Assembly: GCA_038231455.1 (NCBI GenBank) | Contig: JBBRLI010000002.1 | Coordinates: 32,001 to 96,000, forward strand | Reading direction: 5' to 3' | From: Vulcanimicrobiales bacterium | Lineage (GTDB): Bacteria; Vulcanimicrobiota; Vulcanimicrobiia; Vulcanimicrobiales; Vulcanimicrobiaceae | DNA length: 64,000 nt | Shown: positions 1 to 8,704 of the stretch, piece after piece | Numbering within the stretch: position 1 is the first letter of the stretch | Layout of the letters: every line of letters starts with the position of its first letter | Notes under the pieces: model-generated | Seen by the model: the letters and a program-made list of their open reading frames with translations, nothing else | Told to the model about the DNA's origin: nothing | Database searches by the model: none | Translations under genes and position numbers: made by a program

Positions 1-276
1 TTTGATCACTTCGCCGATGATGTCACTTGCGCGCAGCTGCGTGCCCGCGTTTTTTAGAAATCCATTGACGCCGGCGCGATCGCCAACAACGTCGACTTTC
101 ACGGCCTTAGCGAGTTTGATGACGAGAGCGCCGATGATGCCAGCGATGATCCAGCCGATGACCAGCAGTAAGATCGCACCGATGATGTTCGGTATCGCGC
201 TGAAGAGATGGGAAAGTCCGAAGGTAATTCCGGTAATCAGTCCGGCGGTCCAGTCGGTCACGGTTGATACGTTCAC
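1..276 (-). CDS. Membrane protein, TM-helix / small-conductance mechanosensitive channel (CmpX-like) family, N-terminal part (runs off the window start)
   Basis: Not in the ORF track. Hand translation from GTG 276: MNVSTVTDWTAGLITGITFGLSHLFSAIPNIIGAILLLVIGWIIAGIIGALVIKLAKAVKVDVVGDRAGVNGFLKNAG. The 'IPNIIGAILLLVIGWIIA' segment is typical of the family. SD AGGAG at 282-286 (- strand). Confidence 0.75.
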   Translation of the reverse strand, partial: MNVSTVTDWTAGLITGITFGLSHLFSAIPNIIGAILLLVIGWIIAGIIGALVIKLAKAVKVDVVGDRAGVNGFLKNAGTQLRASDIIGEVIK

Positions 277-280
277 AAAA

Positions 281-329
281 GCTCCTAACGTGCGCATTCC
301 GACCGAACCCGGTTCGTGCGGTTAGGAGC
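281..329 (-). promoter_or_regulatory. 5' leader stem-loop occluding the Shine-Dalgarno sequence
   Basis: Perfect 9-bp inverted repeat GCTCCTAAC (281-289) / GTTAGGAGC (321-329), with inner CGCA/TGCG and CGAAC/GTTCG pairings. The 3' arm of the mRNA contains the SD. Confidence 0.55.
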
Positions 330-333
330 GCCT

Positions 334-357
334 ATACCCCAGAGCGATCAACTCAAC
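334..357 (-). promoter_or_regulatory. SigB/SigF-type promoter (GTTG-N14-GGGTAT)
   Basis: Minus strand reads GTTG AGTTGATCGCTCTG GGGTAT, directly upstream of the leader hairpin. Confidence 0.5.
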
Positions 358-396
358 GCAAGCAAGCGTTGGCGATAGTACGAGCCCAGGTTTCGA

Positions 397-1386
397 CTAG
401 ACGGTGCGTGCCTCGATGTGGCCAAACGTCGCACTTCGCGTTGCAAGATCGCTGCGAGCTTCAGCGTACTCGCTTCGCAAACGAGCGACGAGATCTGGCA
501 CCGTCAGCACCGCATCGACCGCACCGATCCCCTGGCCGCTCCCCCAAATGTCGCGCCACGCTTTCGCTGCTGTGTTTCCGCCGAAGTCCATCTTTGAGGG
601 ATCGCTTTCGGGAAGATTCGCCGGATCGAGCCCGGCGCGCTCGATCGACGAGCGCAAATAGTTGCCATGCACGCCCGTGAACAGATTCGTGTAGATGATG
701 TCATTTGCGCTTGAATCGACGATCGAGGCTTTGTAGTCGTCGCTTGCGTTTGCTTCTTGTGTTGCGATAAAAGCCGAACCGAGGTAGGCAAGATCAGCGC
801 CGATCGCTTGCGCGGCAAGGATCGAGCGTCCCGTGGCAATCGAACCCGAGAGCACGAGCGGACCGTCGAACCATTGCCGAATTTCTTGCACGAGCGCAAA
901 CGGCGAGAGCGTGCCGGCATGCCCGCCGGCGCCCGCGGCAACGGCGATTAGGCCATCCGCGCCTTTATCGATTGCCTTATGCGCGTGGACGATGTTGGTG
1001 ATGTCGTGCAGAACGATTCCGCCATACGAATGAACGGCTGCATTGACATCTTCGCGCGCGCCAAGCGACGTGATGACGATCGGCACTTTGTATTTGACGC
1101 ACATGCCCAAATCGTGTTCGAGGCGATCGTTCGACTTATGCACGATTTGGTTCACGGCAAACGGCGCGTCGCTTGGTGTGAGTGATGAGGTCAGTTCGGC
1201 GAGCCATTCATCGAGCTGCGCGGCCGGCCGCGCATTGAGCGCGGGGAACGAACCGACGATGCCTGCGCGGCACTGCGCGAGTACTAGGCGCGGTTGCGAA
1301 ATGATGAACAGTGGCGCGCCGATCGCGGGAAGCGTGAGACGAGCGGCAAGTCCCGTTGGCATACTCATCGGGGGCAGATTCCGCAT
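397..1386 (-). CDS. Nitronate monooxygenase / 2-nitropropane dioxygenase-like flavoprotein
   Basis: Motifs GAPLFIIS, AGAGGHAG, GADLAYLGSAFIAT and WGSGQG. The true start may be a few codons downstream. Confidence 0.9.
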   Translation of the reverse strand: MRNLPPMSMPTGLAARLTLPAIGAPLFIISQPRLVLAQCRAGIVGSFPALNARPAAQLDEWLAELTSSLTPSDAPFAVNQIVHKSNDRLEHDLGMCVKYKVPIVITSLGAREDVNAAVHSYGGIVLHDITNIVHAHKAIDKGADGLIAVAAGAGGHAGTLSPFALVQEIRQWFDGPLVLSGSIATGRSILAAQAIGADLAYLGSAFIATQEANASDDYKASIVDSSANDIIYTNLFTGVHGNYLRSSIERAGLDPANLPESDPSKMDFGGNTAAKAWRDIWGSGQGIGAVDAVLTVPDLVARLRSEYAEARSDLATRSATFGHIEARTV

Positions 1387-1429
1387 CGCCTCCAGGCTTC
1401 CGGCTTCGCGCTAGCGCATGGCTCGAGCG

Positions 1430-2407
1430 ATGGATATTCTGATCATCGGGGGGAGCCGTTTTCTTGGACTGGCCACGGTCGAATCGGCGCATGCACGCGG
1501 ACATCGCGTCGCCACGTTCAATCGCGGCACGCGCCCGATGCCGGAGTTCGTCGAGTCGATCCTCGGCGATCGGTACGGCGATCTTGCGCCGCTGCGCGGA
1601 CGGCGGTTCGATGCGGTGATCGATGTTTGCGGCTATACACCACGTTCCGTCGGAGCGGCTGCAACGCTTCTCGGAGCCCATGCGAAGCACTACGTCTTCG
1701 TGTCGAGCGTGAGTGTCTATCCCTGGCCGATTGCGCCTGACATGACCGAAGACGGTGCTACCCAGGAGATGCCCACTGGCGCGGATCCAGACGTGGACGC
1801 CGTCGATGAAGCTTACGGCGCGCGCAAAGCGCTCTGCGAGGCGGCCGCAGATGCGGCGATGCCCGGTCGTACGTCGAGCGTGCGCGCGGGGATGATCGTC
1901 GGGCCGCACGATTATTTGGACCGGTTAACGTACTGGATCGAGCGCGCTCCCGCCGGAGGAAGGATGATCGCCCCCGGTGCCCCCGATCGGCCGCTCCAAC
2001 TCATCGACGTTGCGGATCTGGGCCACTTTCTTGTCTTGCTGGCCGAATCGGATGCCGCGGGCACGGTGAATGCGACCTCGCCCAACGGCGTCCTGACGAT
2101 GGGCGATCTCATTCTGGCCTGTTGCGCGAGCGCTCAGACGCCCGCGCAGCCGGTGTGGATCGATGATGCAGAACTCAACATGCTGGGGGTGGATGCGAGC
2201 ATCGAGGAACTCCCGTACTGGGTCGAGCGCCAGGAAAACGGCATTTTTCGGATCGACACGAGGAAGGCGATCGAACTCGGCCTGCAAACGCGCCCGCTCG
2301 CCGATTCCATCGCGCGAACCCGGGCCTGGATTGCAACGCGTACCGATCCCGCCCGCGATCGCGGCCTCGACCGCATCCGCGAGCAGACGATGCTCGCGGC
2401 GCGTTAA
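1430..2407 (+). CDS. NAD-dependent epimerase/dehydratase family protein
   Basis: MDILIIGGSRFLG Rossmann motif, YVFVSSVSVY, YGARK (YxxxK). Confidence 0.85.
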   Translation: MDILIIGGSRFLGLATVESAHARGHRVATFNRGTRPMPEFVESILGDRYGDLAPLRGRRFDAVIDVCGYTPRSVGAAATLLGAHAKHYVFVSSVSVYPWPIAPDMTEDGATQEMPTGADPDVDAVDEAYGARKALCEAAADAAMPGRTSSVRAGMIVGPHDYLDRLTYWIERAPAGGRMIAPGAPDRPLQLIDVADLGHFLVLLAESDAAGTVNATSPNGVLTMGDLILACCASAQTPAQPVWIDDAELNMLGVDASIEELPYWVERQENGIFRIDTRKAIELGLQTRPLADSIARTRAWIATRTDPARDRGLDRIREQTMLAAR

Positions 2408-2452
2408 GATGAGCCGCAACCGCTCCTATATCGTGGGGGTCAAAGGCCTGTT

Positions 2453-3076
2453 ATGATTTCGGCTTCGCGCGAACCGTCCGCTGCCGTCGTCGCCCAATTG
2501 GCGGCGATCGGGCGGTTCGCCGCATCGCGCGGCTGGGTTCCCGCGACCAGCGGCAATTTTTCCGCGCGTGTCGATTCGACGCACGCCGCTGTGACGCGCT
2601 CGGGCGTCGACAAAGGTGCACTCACGGCCGCGGATATCGCCGTGCTCGGCATCGACGATGCAATCCCCGCGGGCATGTCGGCGGAGACGCCGCTGCATCT
2701 GGCGCGCTATCGCTCCGACGCGCGAGTCGGTGCCGTCGTTCACGTGCACACCATCGCCTCGACCGTGCTCTCGCGTCTGGACGCTGCACGCGGCTCGATT
2801 TGGCTCTCGGGCTTTGAAATGCATAAGTCGCTGGCCGGATTTACAACCCACGAAAGCGTCGTCGACCTGCCGATTATCGATAACGCGCAAGATACCGTGC
2901 AACTCGCGGACATCATCGAATCGCGTCTCGGAGCGACACCGCTCGTGCCCGCGTATCTGCTCGCCGGCCACGGCCTCTACACATGGGGTGAAACGATGGA
3001 GGATGCTCGCCGCCACCTCGAAGGCCTCGAATTTCTCTTAGCCTGCACCCTCGAAGAACGGAGACTCTCCCGATGA
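2453..3076 (+). CDS. mtnB: Methylthioribulose-1-phosphate dehydratase
   Basis: GWVPATSGNFS, SAETPLH, HVHT and LAGHGLYTWG class II aldolase motifs; adjacent to mtnD/mtnC. Confidence 0.95.
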   Translation: MISASREPSAAVVAQLAAIGRFAASRGWVPATSGNFSARVDSTHAAVTRSGVDKGALTAADIAVLGIDDAIPAGMSAETPLHLARYRSDARVGAVVHVHTIASTVLSRLDAARGSIWLSGFEMHKSLAGFTTHESVVDLPIIDNAQDTVQLADIIESRLGATPLVPAYLLAGHGLYTWGETMEDARRHLEGLEFLLACTLEERRLSR

Positions 3077-3636
3077 CGACCGCAACGTTGCCCGCAACGA
3101 TCTTACGCGTGTTCGATGACACCGATCCGAGCGCACCGCGCATCGACACCACCGATCGCTCGGCAATTGCGCGTGAACTAGCCGCAATCGGTTGCCGGTT
3201 CGAGCGCTGGGAAGCGACGGTCCAATTGCCGGGCGATGCCGATCAGGCAGCGATTCTCGCTGCCTACGCGGGCGACGTGAAACGTTTGATGGATGAATCG
3301 GGCTATCAGAGCGCCGATGTGCTTACGATGAAGAAGGGCACGCCGAACACGCAGCCGATCCGCGCGAAATTCCTAAACGAACACACGCACGATGAAGACG
3401 AAATCCGTTTCTTCGTCGAGGGTTCGGCGTCGTTCTATCTGCGCAAGGGCGGCAAAGTTTATCAAACGATCTGCGTGCGCGGCGATCTCTTAGGCGTTCC
3501 CGCGCAGACGACGCACTGGTTTGACATGGGTTCGGATCCCGAATTCACCGCGATCCGTTTCTTCATGACGCAAGAAGGCTGGGTCGCGAAATTCACCGGC
3601 GATCCCATCGCCGAGCGCTTCCCAAAACTCCCGTGA
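3073..3636 (+). CDS. mtnD: Acireductone dioxygenase
   Basis: FLNEHTHDEDEIRFFVEG...HWFDMG cupin motif; ATGA overlap with mtnB. Confidence 0.95.
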   Translation: MTTATLPATILRVFDDTDPSAPRIDTTDRSAIARELAAIGCRFERWEATVQLPGDADQAAILAAYAGDVKRLMDESGYQSADVLTMKKGTPNTQPIRAKFLNEHTHDEDEIRFFVEGSASFYLRKGGKVYQTICVRGDLLGVPAQTTHWFDMGSDPEFTAIRFFMTQEGWVAKFTGDPIAERFPKLP

Positions 3637-4322
3637 TCGCCGCGCGCGTGCGCGCCGTCCTCACCGACATCGAAGGCACAACCGGCTCGATCGCCTTCGT
3701 GCGCGACGTGCTCTTTCCGTACGCGGACACGCACCTACGCGCATTCGTCGCAACCGAAGGCGGCCGACCCGAGGTGCGGGCGCTACTCGATGAGGCAGCA
3801 GCGATCGCCGAAGTCGACCCGCATGATGACGACGCGATCGTCGGCGCACTCCGCGCGTGGATTGCGGCCGATAAAAAAATCACTCCGCTCAAGGCGCTAC
3901 AGGGCCTGATTTGGGAAAACGGCTATAAGCGCGGTGAATTGCGAGGTCACGTCTATCACGATGCGGCGAACGCGTTAAAACGCTGGTTTGAAAGCGGCAT
4001 TATCCTTGCTGTCTATTCGTCCGGCTCCGTGGCCGCCCAGAAGTTGCTCTTCGGGCACAGTATTGACGGTGATCTCACGCCGCTGTTTTCCGCGTACTTC
4101 GATACGACAATCGGAGCGAAGTCTGATTCGTCATCGTACGAGCGAATCGCGGAGGCGCTTGGGCTCGATCCGGGTGATGGGATCTTTCTCAGCGACGTGG
4201 GTGCCGAGCTTGATGCCGCGCATTTCGCCGGCTGGAAAACAGCGCAGATCGTTCGCCCCGGGACGATCGGCTGCGCACATCATCACCGCGCGGTTGACTT
4301 CGATCAGCTCGATCTGAGCTGA
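3633..4322 (+). CDS. mtnC: Enolase-phosphatase E1 (acireductone synthase)
   Basis: TDIEGTT HAD motif, LKALQGLIW, YSSGSVAAQKLLF, FLSD. Confidence 0.95.
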   Translation: MIAARVRAVLTDIEGTTGSIAFVRDVLFPYADTHLRAFVATEGGRPEVRALLDEAAAIAEVDPHDDDAIVGALRAWIAADKKITPLKALQGLIWENGYKRGELRGHVYHDAANALKRWFESGIILAVYSSGSVAAQKLLFGHSIDGDLTPLFSAYFDTTIGAKSDSSSYERIAEALGLDPGDGIFLSDVGAELDAAHFAGWKTAQIVRPGTIGCAHHHRAVDFDQLDLS

Positions 4323-4358
4323 AGCGGGATCGGCGTCCGGTTTGCCGATGATTACGAA

Positions 4359-5825
4359 GTGGATATGCTTCAACAATCTGAGGAGAAACGCCGCGGCATT
4401 GCTGCTGTGAGCGCGGGGCAGTACGGCGATGCGATTGTGATCTTGACCGGTTGCGTCCAATCCGGGCACGGCGATGCTGAGGTTTGCAATGCGCTCGGAA
4501 TCGCTCTGCGCGCGGTCGGCCGGGTTGATGAGGCCATCGCCCAGTTCCGGGCCGGGCTGGGGTACGGCGACGATGCCGCGCTCCTGACGAACCTTGGGAT
4601 CGCTCTTCAGGAACAGGGCGATCACGCCGGAGCGCTCGCGATTATGGATCGAGCCCTCGGCATCGATGCGACCGCGGCCGAACTTTGGCACGCTCGGGGC
4701 AATACGCTAACGCGTTTGGAACGGCTCCCCGATGCGCTTGCGTCGTACCAGAATGCCGTAGAGCGCAATCCGAACCTTGCAGCGGCGCATCTCGGCATGT
4801 ACGAAGTCGGACAGTTGCTCGGGCAGATCCCGCTTGCGCTCGAACATCAGGCTGCTGCACTTGCGATCTCGCGCGTCGTGAGCATTCCCGCGCAGCAGCA
4901 TCCTCCGAAGCGCTCGATTCTTCGGCTCTGTGCACCCGGAACGTGGCAAACGAATGCGCCGACCGAATTTATCGTCGATCCGCGCACGACGACGGTGCAC
5001 TCGTATTATCTCGCCCAAGACGGGCCGACGCCCGCCCTCCCCACATACGATCTGGTCTATAACGCAATCGCCGAAGGTGAGGATGTGCTGGTCTACCTTC
5101 AGCGCGCGGATGCATTCGTACGCTCGCAATCGCAGCCCGTGCTCAATACGCCCGAACGCGTGATCCGCATGACGCGTACCTGGGGCGCGAAAACGTTTGG
5201 CGCAATTCCCGGAGTGAGCGCGCCGACCACCCAGCGCGTTACGCGCGCCGGACTATCACATGTCAGCCTTCCGTTTCCTTGGATCGTCCGTCCGCTGGCC
5301 TCACATGCGGGGCACGGGCTCGAACGAGTCGATGATGCCGCCGGCATCACGGCGTACCTCACGCGCAATCCCGAAGAAGATTTCTACGTCGGAAAATTTG
5401 TCGACTACGCGAGCGCGGACGGCTACTACCGTAAGTATCGCGTGATCTTTATCGCGGGCCTCCCCTACGCGTATCACCTCGCGATCTCGCGGAAGTGGAT
5501 GATCCACTACTACAATGCCGAGATGGCCGAACAACAGTGGATGCGGGATGAAGAAGGCCGCTTCTTAGCCGATCTCTCCTCGGTGTTCGATGGACCGCGG
5601 ATGGATGCGCTGCACGCGATTGCGGCGGCCGTCGATATCGATTACTTCGGAATCGATTGCGGGATCGCGCCGGATGGTCGCGTGCTTGTGTTCGAGGCGG
5701 ATGCAGCGATGCTCGTGCACTGCAACGATCCAATTGAGGTCTATCCCTACAAGCACGAATATATTCCGCGCGTGATCGCGGCGTTCGATGCGCTCATTGG
5801 GGCGAAGATCGCGGGCCGCGCGTGA
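4359..5825 (+). CDS. TPR-repeat protein with C-terminal ATP-grasp (RimK/GshB-like) domain
   Basis: N-terminal TPR helices (CNALGIAL, LTNLGIAL, WHARGNTL). C-terminal PWIVRPLASHAGHGL, KYRVIF and YFGIDC...LVFEAD resemble ATP-grasp motifs. Confidence 0.7.
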   Translation: MDMLQQSEEKRRGIAAVSAGQYGDAIVILTGCVQSGHGDAEVCNALGIALRAVGRVDEAIAQFRAGLGYGDDAALLTNLGIALQEQGDHAGALAIMDRALGIDATAAELWHARGNTLTRLERLPDALASYQNAVERNPNLAAAHLGMYEVGQLLGQIPLALEHQAAALAISRVVSIPAQQHPPKRSILRLCAPGTWQTNAPTEFIVDPRTTTVHSYYLAQDGPTPALPTYDLVYNAIAEGEDVLVYLQRADAFVRSQSQPVLNTPERVIRMTRTWGAKTFGAIPGVSAPTTQRVTRAGLSHVSLPFPWIVRPLASHAGHGLERVDDAAGITAYLTRNPEEDFYVGKFVDYASADGYYRKYRVIFIAGLPYAYHLAISRKWMIHYYNAEMAEQQWMRDEEGRFLADLSSVFDGPRMDALHAIAAAVDIDYFGIDCGIAPDGRVLVFEADAAMLVHCNDPIEVYPYKHEYIPRVIAAFDALIGAKIAGRA

Positions 5826-7237
5826 GCCTCGACCCGCGCGATTGGCCGGCGTTCCGTAAACTCGCGCACGAGGCACTCGACGAGGCCATCGATTACGTCG
5901 AAAACATTCGCGAGCGTCCGGTATGGCAAGCGATACCCGACGATCTGCGCGCCACGTTTCGCTCGGCACCGATGCCGACTGAACCCACACCGCTTGCGGA
6001 TGTCTATGCGGAATTTCGCGACACGATTCTCCCGTATGCAACGGGCAACGTTCATCCGCGGTTTTACGGCTGGGTACATGGCGGCGGAACAGCAAGTGGC
6101 ATCGTCGCCGACCTGCTGACCTCGGCGATGAATGCGAACGTCGGCGGACGCGACCATGCCGCTGTCGAGATCGAGCGCGAAGTGCTGCGCTGGTGCTACG
6201 GACTCTTCGGCTTCCCCACTGAGGCGAGCGGTTTGCTCGTTACGGGGACCTCGCTTGCCAATGCGCTTGGGATCGCCGTTGCGCGTGGGGCGACGGGTGG
6301 GACGGAACGTCGTGCGGTGTATGCCGCCGAGACGGCACATAATTCCATTGACAAAGCACTACGACTCTGTGGCTATCCGCCGGGAACGCTGCGCCGCATC
6401 CCGGTCGATGCGAACGACCGCATCAATCTCGACGCGCTCGACGCGCAAATCGCAATCGATCGCGCAGCCGGCGTCGTGCCGGCCGTGATTGTGGCCTCGG
6501 CCGGTACCGTCGATGCTGGGGCGTTCGATGATTTGAACGCGCTAGCCGACCGGCGCGACCAACACAACATGTGGCTACACGTCGACGGTGCCTTCGGGGC
6601 TCTCGTCATTCTCGCGCCGACGCTGCGCGATCGACTCGCGGGAATCGAACGCGTCGATTCGCTCGCGTTTGATTTTCATAAATGGCTGCACGTGTCGTAC
6701 GATGCGGGTGCACTGCTCGTTCGGGACGGTGTCAAACACCGCGCCGCCTTTGCGACGGCGGCATCGTATCTCAAATCGACCGCGCGCGGGATCGCCGGTG
6801 GTGCGCCGTGGTTCACGGATTTCGGGATCGATCTTTCGCGCGGCTTCCGCGCGCTCAAAGTGTGGTTTGCGCTCAAAGAATTCGGGACCCAACGCATCGG
6901 CGAGCTCATCGCCGAGAATTGCGCGCAGGCCGCGCGCCTAGGCGATCGCATCGCGGCAAGCGTGAACTGCGAGCTCTCACTTCCCGTGCAACTGAACATC
7001 GTGTGTTTCCGCTACCGTCCCGCCGGGCTCTCTGGAACGCAGCTCGATGAACTCAACGAAGAGATCGCTCTCGACCTAGCGGAAAGCGGGTTCGCCGTCG
7101 TTTCCACGACCAGTGTTGGCGGGCGGCGCGTCTTGCGCATCAACCTCACCAACCATCGCACGACCGACGCTGACCTCAATCAAACGTTCGATGCGATCTG
7201 CGCGGCCGGAGCGCGGCTTAGTGGAGCGCTTCTCTAA
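5822..7237 (+). CDS. Group II pyridoxal-5'-phosphate-dependent decarboxylase
   Basis: HPRFYGW, WLHVDGAFG, DSLAFDFHKW (PLP lysine), SRGFRALKVW; GTGA overlap with the upstream gene. Confidence 0.92.
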   Translation: MSLDPRDWPAFRKLAHEALDEAIDYVENIRERPVWQAIPDDLRATFRSAPMPTEPTPLADVYAEFRDTILPYATGNVHPRFYGWVHGGGTASGIVADLLTSAMNANVGGRDHAAVEIEREVLRWCYGLFGFPTEASGLLVTGTSLANALGIAVARGATGGTERRAVYAAETAHNSIDKALRLCGYPPGTLRRIPVDANDRINLDALDAQIAIDRAAGVVPAVIVASAGTVDAGAFDDLNALADRRDQHNMWLHVDGAFGALVILAPTLRDRLAGIERVDSLAFDFHKWLHVSYDAGALLVRDGVKHRAAFATAASYLKSTARGIAGGAPWFTDFGIDLSRGFRALKVWFALKEFGTQRIGELIAENCAQAARLGDRIAASVNCELSLPVQLNIVCFRYRPAGLSGTQLDELNEEIALDLAESGFAVVSTTSVGGRRVLRINLTNHRTTDADLNQTFDAICAAGARLSGALL

Positions 7238-7955
7238 AAAATCCGACCGCCTCGGCGTACGCACGATCGGTCTCCGAGGCATTCCAGCGCGGACCCGCAT
7301 CGCGCATGAAGGCATGCTCGCCCTCGTACTCCGAGATGCGCGCGCTTACATTGGCCGCGCGTAAGGCGGCGACGACGCGCGCGCGTCCGTCGACCGGAAT
7401 ATGCGGATCGTCGGTCCCGAAGGCCACGAGCAATTTGCCGGTAATCTCGTTTACCCGCGCAAGCGTATCGACGCCGCGCGATCCGCCGAGCGAATCCTCA
7501 TGCAGACCCGTCGGATAAAATGCCACGCCCGCTCGGACGTCGGGCTGGAGCGCCGCGCGCACCGTTAGGTGGCCGCCGATGCAGAAGCCGCTCACGCCGA
7601 TTTGACCTTTGCGGACTTGCGGATGTGCGTGGAGATAATCGAGTACCGTTCGCGTGTCCGCATCGAAATGATGGACGAGCGTCTTCTGCGCGTCAGCGAG
7701 TGCCGTATCGCGATCGGTGTCGAAGTCGAGCACGCGGCCCGGCGGCTCGATCCGGTGATAAATTTCGGGTGAACAAACGATAAAGCCGTAGCTCGCGAAG
7801 CGGACGACGGCCCGAAACGTGGGTTCCGTCAGTTGAAAAATATCAGAGTAGACGAGCAGCCCGGGATACGTTCCCTCGGCCTTCGGCCGCGCCACGAGCG
7901 TACGCATGGGGCCATCAGAGGTCGGTAAGTCGACAAAATCCGTCGTGACGATCAT
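7218..7955 (-). CDS. Dienelactone hydrolase family protein
   Basis: GFCIGG nucleophile motif, DIFQ, DPHIP, HAFMRD. Confidence 0.9.
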   Translation of the reverse strand: MIVTTDFVDLPTSDGPMRTLVARPKAEGTYPGLLVYSDIFQLTEPTFRAVVRFASYGFIVCSPEIYHRIEPPGRVLDFDTDRDTALADAQKTLVHHFDADTRTVLDYLHAHPQVRKGQIGVSGFCIGGHLTVRAALQPDVRAGVAFYPTGLHEDSLGGSRGVDTLARVNEITGKLLVAFGTDDPHIPVDGRARVVAALRAANVSARISEYEGEHAFMRDAGPRWNASETDRAYAEAVGFFREALH

Positions 7956-8090
7956 GCGCCGCTCTTCGCCCGGCTCGCGGCGGCTCCCCGGGGCGCTCGA
8001 CTAGGGGACGAGCGAGTAACGGTCCTCACCAAAGATGCCGATAGGAATTATAGCTGACCGTCCGCATTTATGCGGCGAGGAGTTTTGCAT

Positions 8091-8354
8091 ATGGACATCC
8101 CTGAGAACTTCGATACGTTCTTGCAGGGCTTGCTCAAGGACGACGAGATCATCCAGCTCGACGATGAAGATCGGGCTTTTATCGACCGTATTCTCAAATC
8201 GATCACGACCGGAAGCAAGGGCATTTTCGTCGTACTGCACCCCAACGACCGCATGCAGTACATGTTGCTCAACACGAATCGTGCCGGCGCGCTCGCTTTG
8301 CTTGCGAAAGTGATGCAGCGCACTGCCGAAGCGCTCGAGGCTGACGCCGACTGA
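8091..8354 (+). CDS. Hypothetical acidic protein (87 aa)
   Basis: SD GAGGAG at about 8077-8082, then ATG 8091; its stop overlaps the cidA start. Confidence 0.7.
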   Translation: MDIPENFDTFLQGLLKDDEIIQLDDEDRAFIDRILKSITTGSKGIFVVLHPNDRMQYMLLNTNRAGALALLAKVMQRTAEALEADAD

Positions 8355-8704
8355 TCGCCGCCCTTGCCGCACTCCTCACCGCTCAATTGATCGGTGAGGT
8401 GATCAGCCGCGCGCTGAACCTGCCGATCCCCGGTCCCGTGATCGGTATGGCTCTGCTCTTTATCGTCTTCCTCGTGCGTCGCGACATTCCGGAGCCCCTC
8501 GAGCGCACGGGAAGCGGCCTGCTTGGTGTCCTCTCCTTGCTCTTCGTCCCGGCCGGCGTCGGGGTGATGCAGCATCTGGATTTGATCGCCGCGTCATGGC
8601 TTCCGATCGTCGTGACGATCGTCGCCTCGACTGCGATCACGATGCTCGTGACGGCTGCGGTCATGCACGGCGTCCAGCGGCTCGTCGATTTACGGCCGCG
8701 ATGA
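8351..8704 (+). CDS. cidA: CidA/LrgA family holin-like protein
   Basis: LPIPGPVIGM and LLFVPAGVGVM motifs. Probable start is CTG 8351 (the track starts at TTG 8387). Confidence 0.88.
   Translation: MIAALAALLTAQLIGEVISRALNLPIPGPVIGMALLFIVFLVRRDIPEPLERTGSGLLGVLSLLFVPAGVGVMQHLDLIAASWLPIVVTIVASTAITMLVTAAVMHGVQRLVDLRPR

Noticed and set aside
8015-8045. Sigma-28-like GCCGAT(A/G) boxes upstream of several genes (about 4344, 8037 and 53622)
   Set aside because: The hexamer is common at this GC content, and the -35 elements and spacings are inconsistent.
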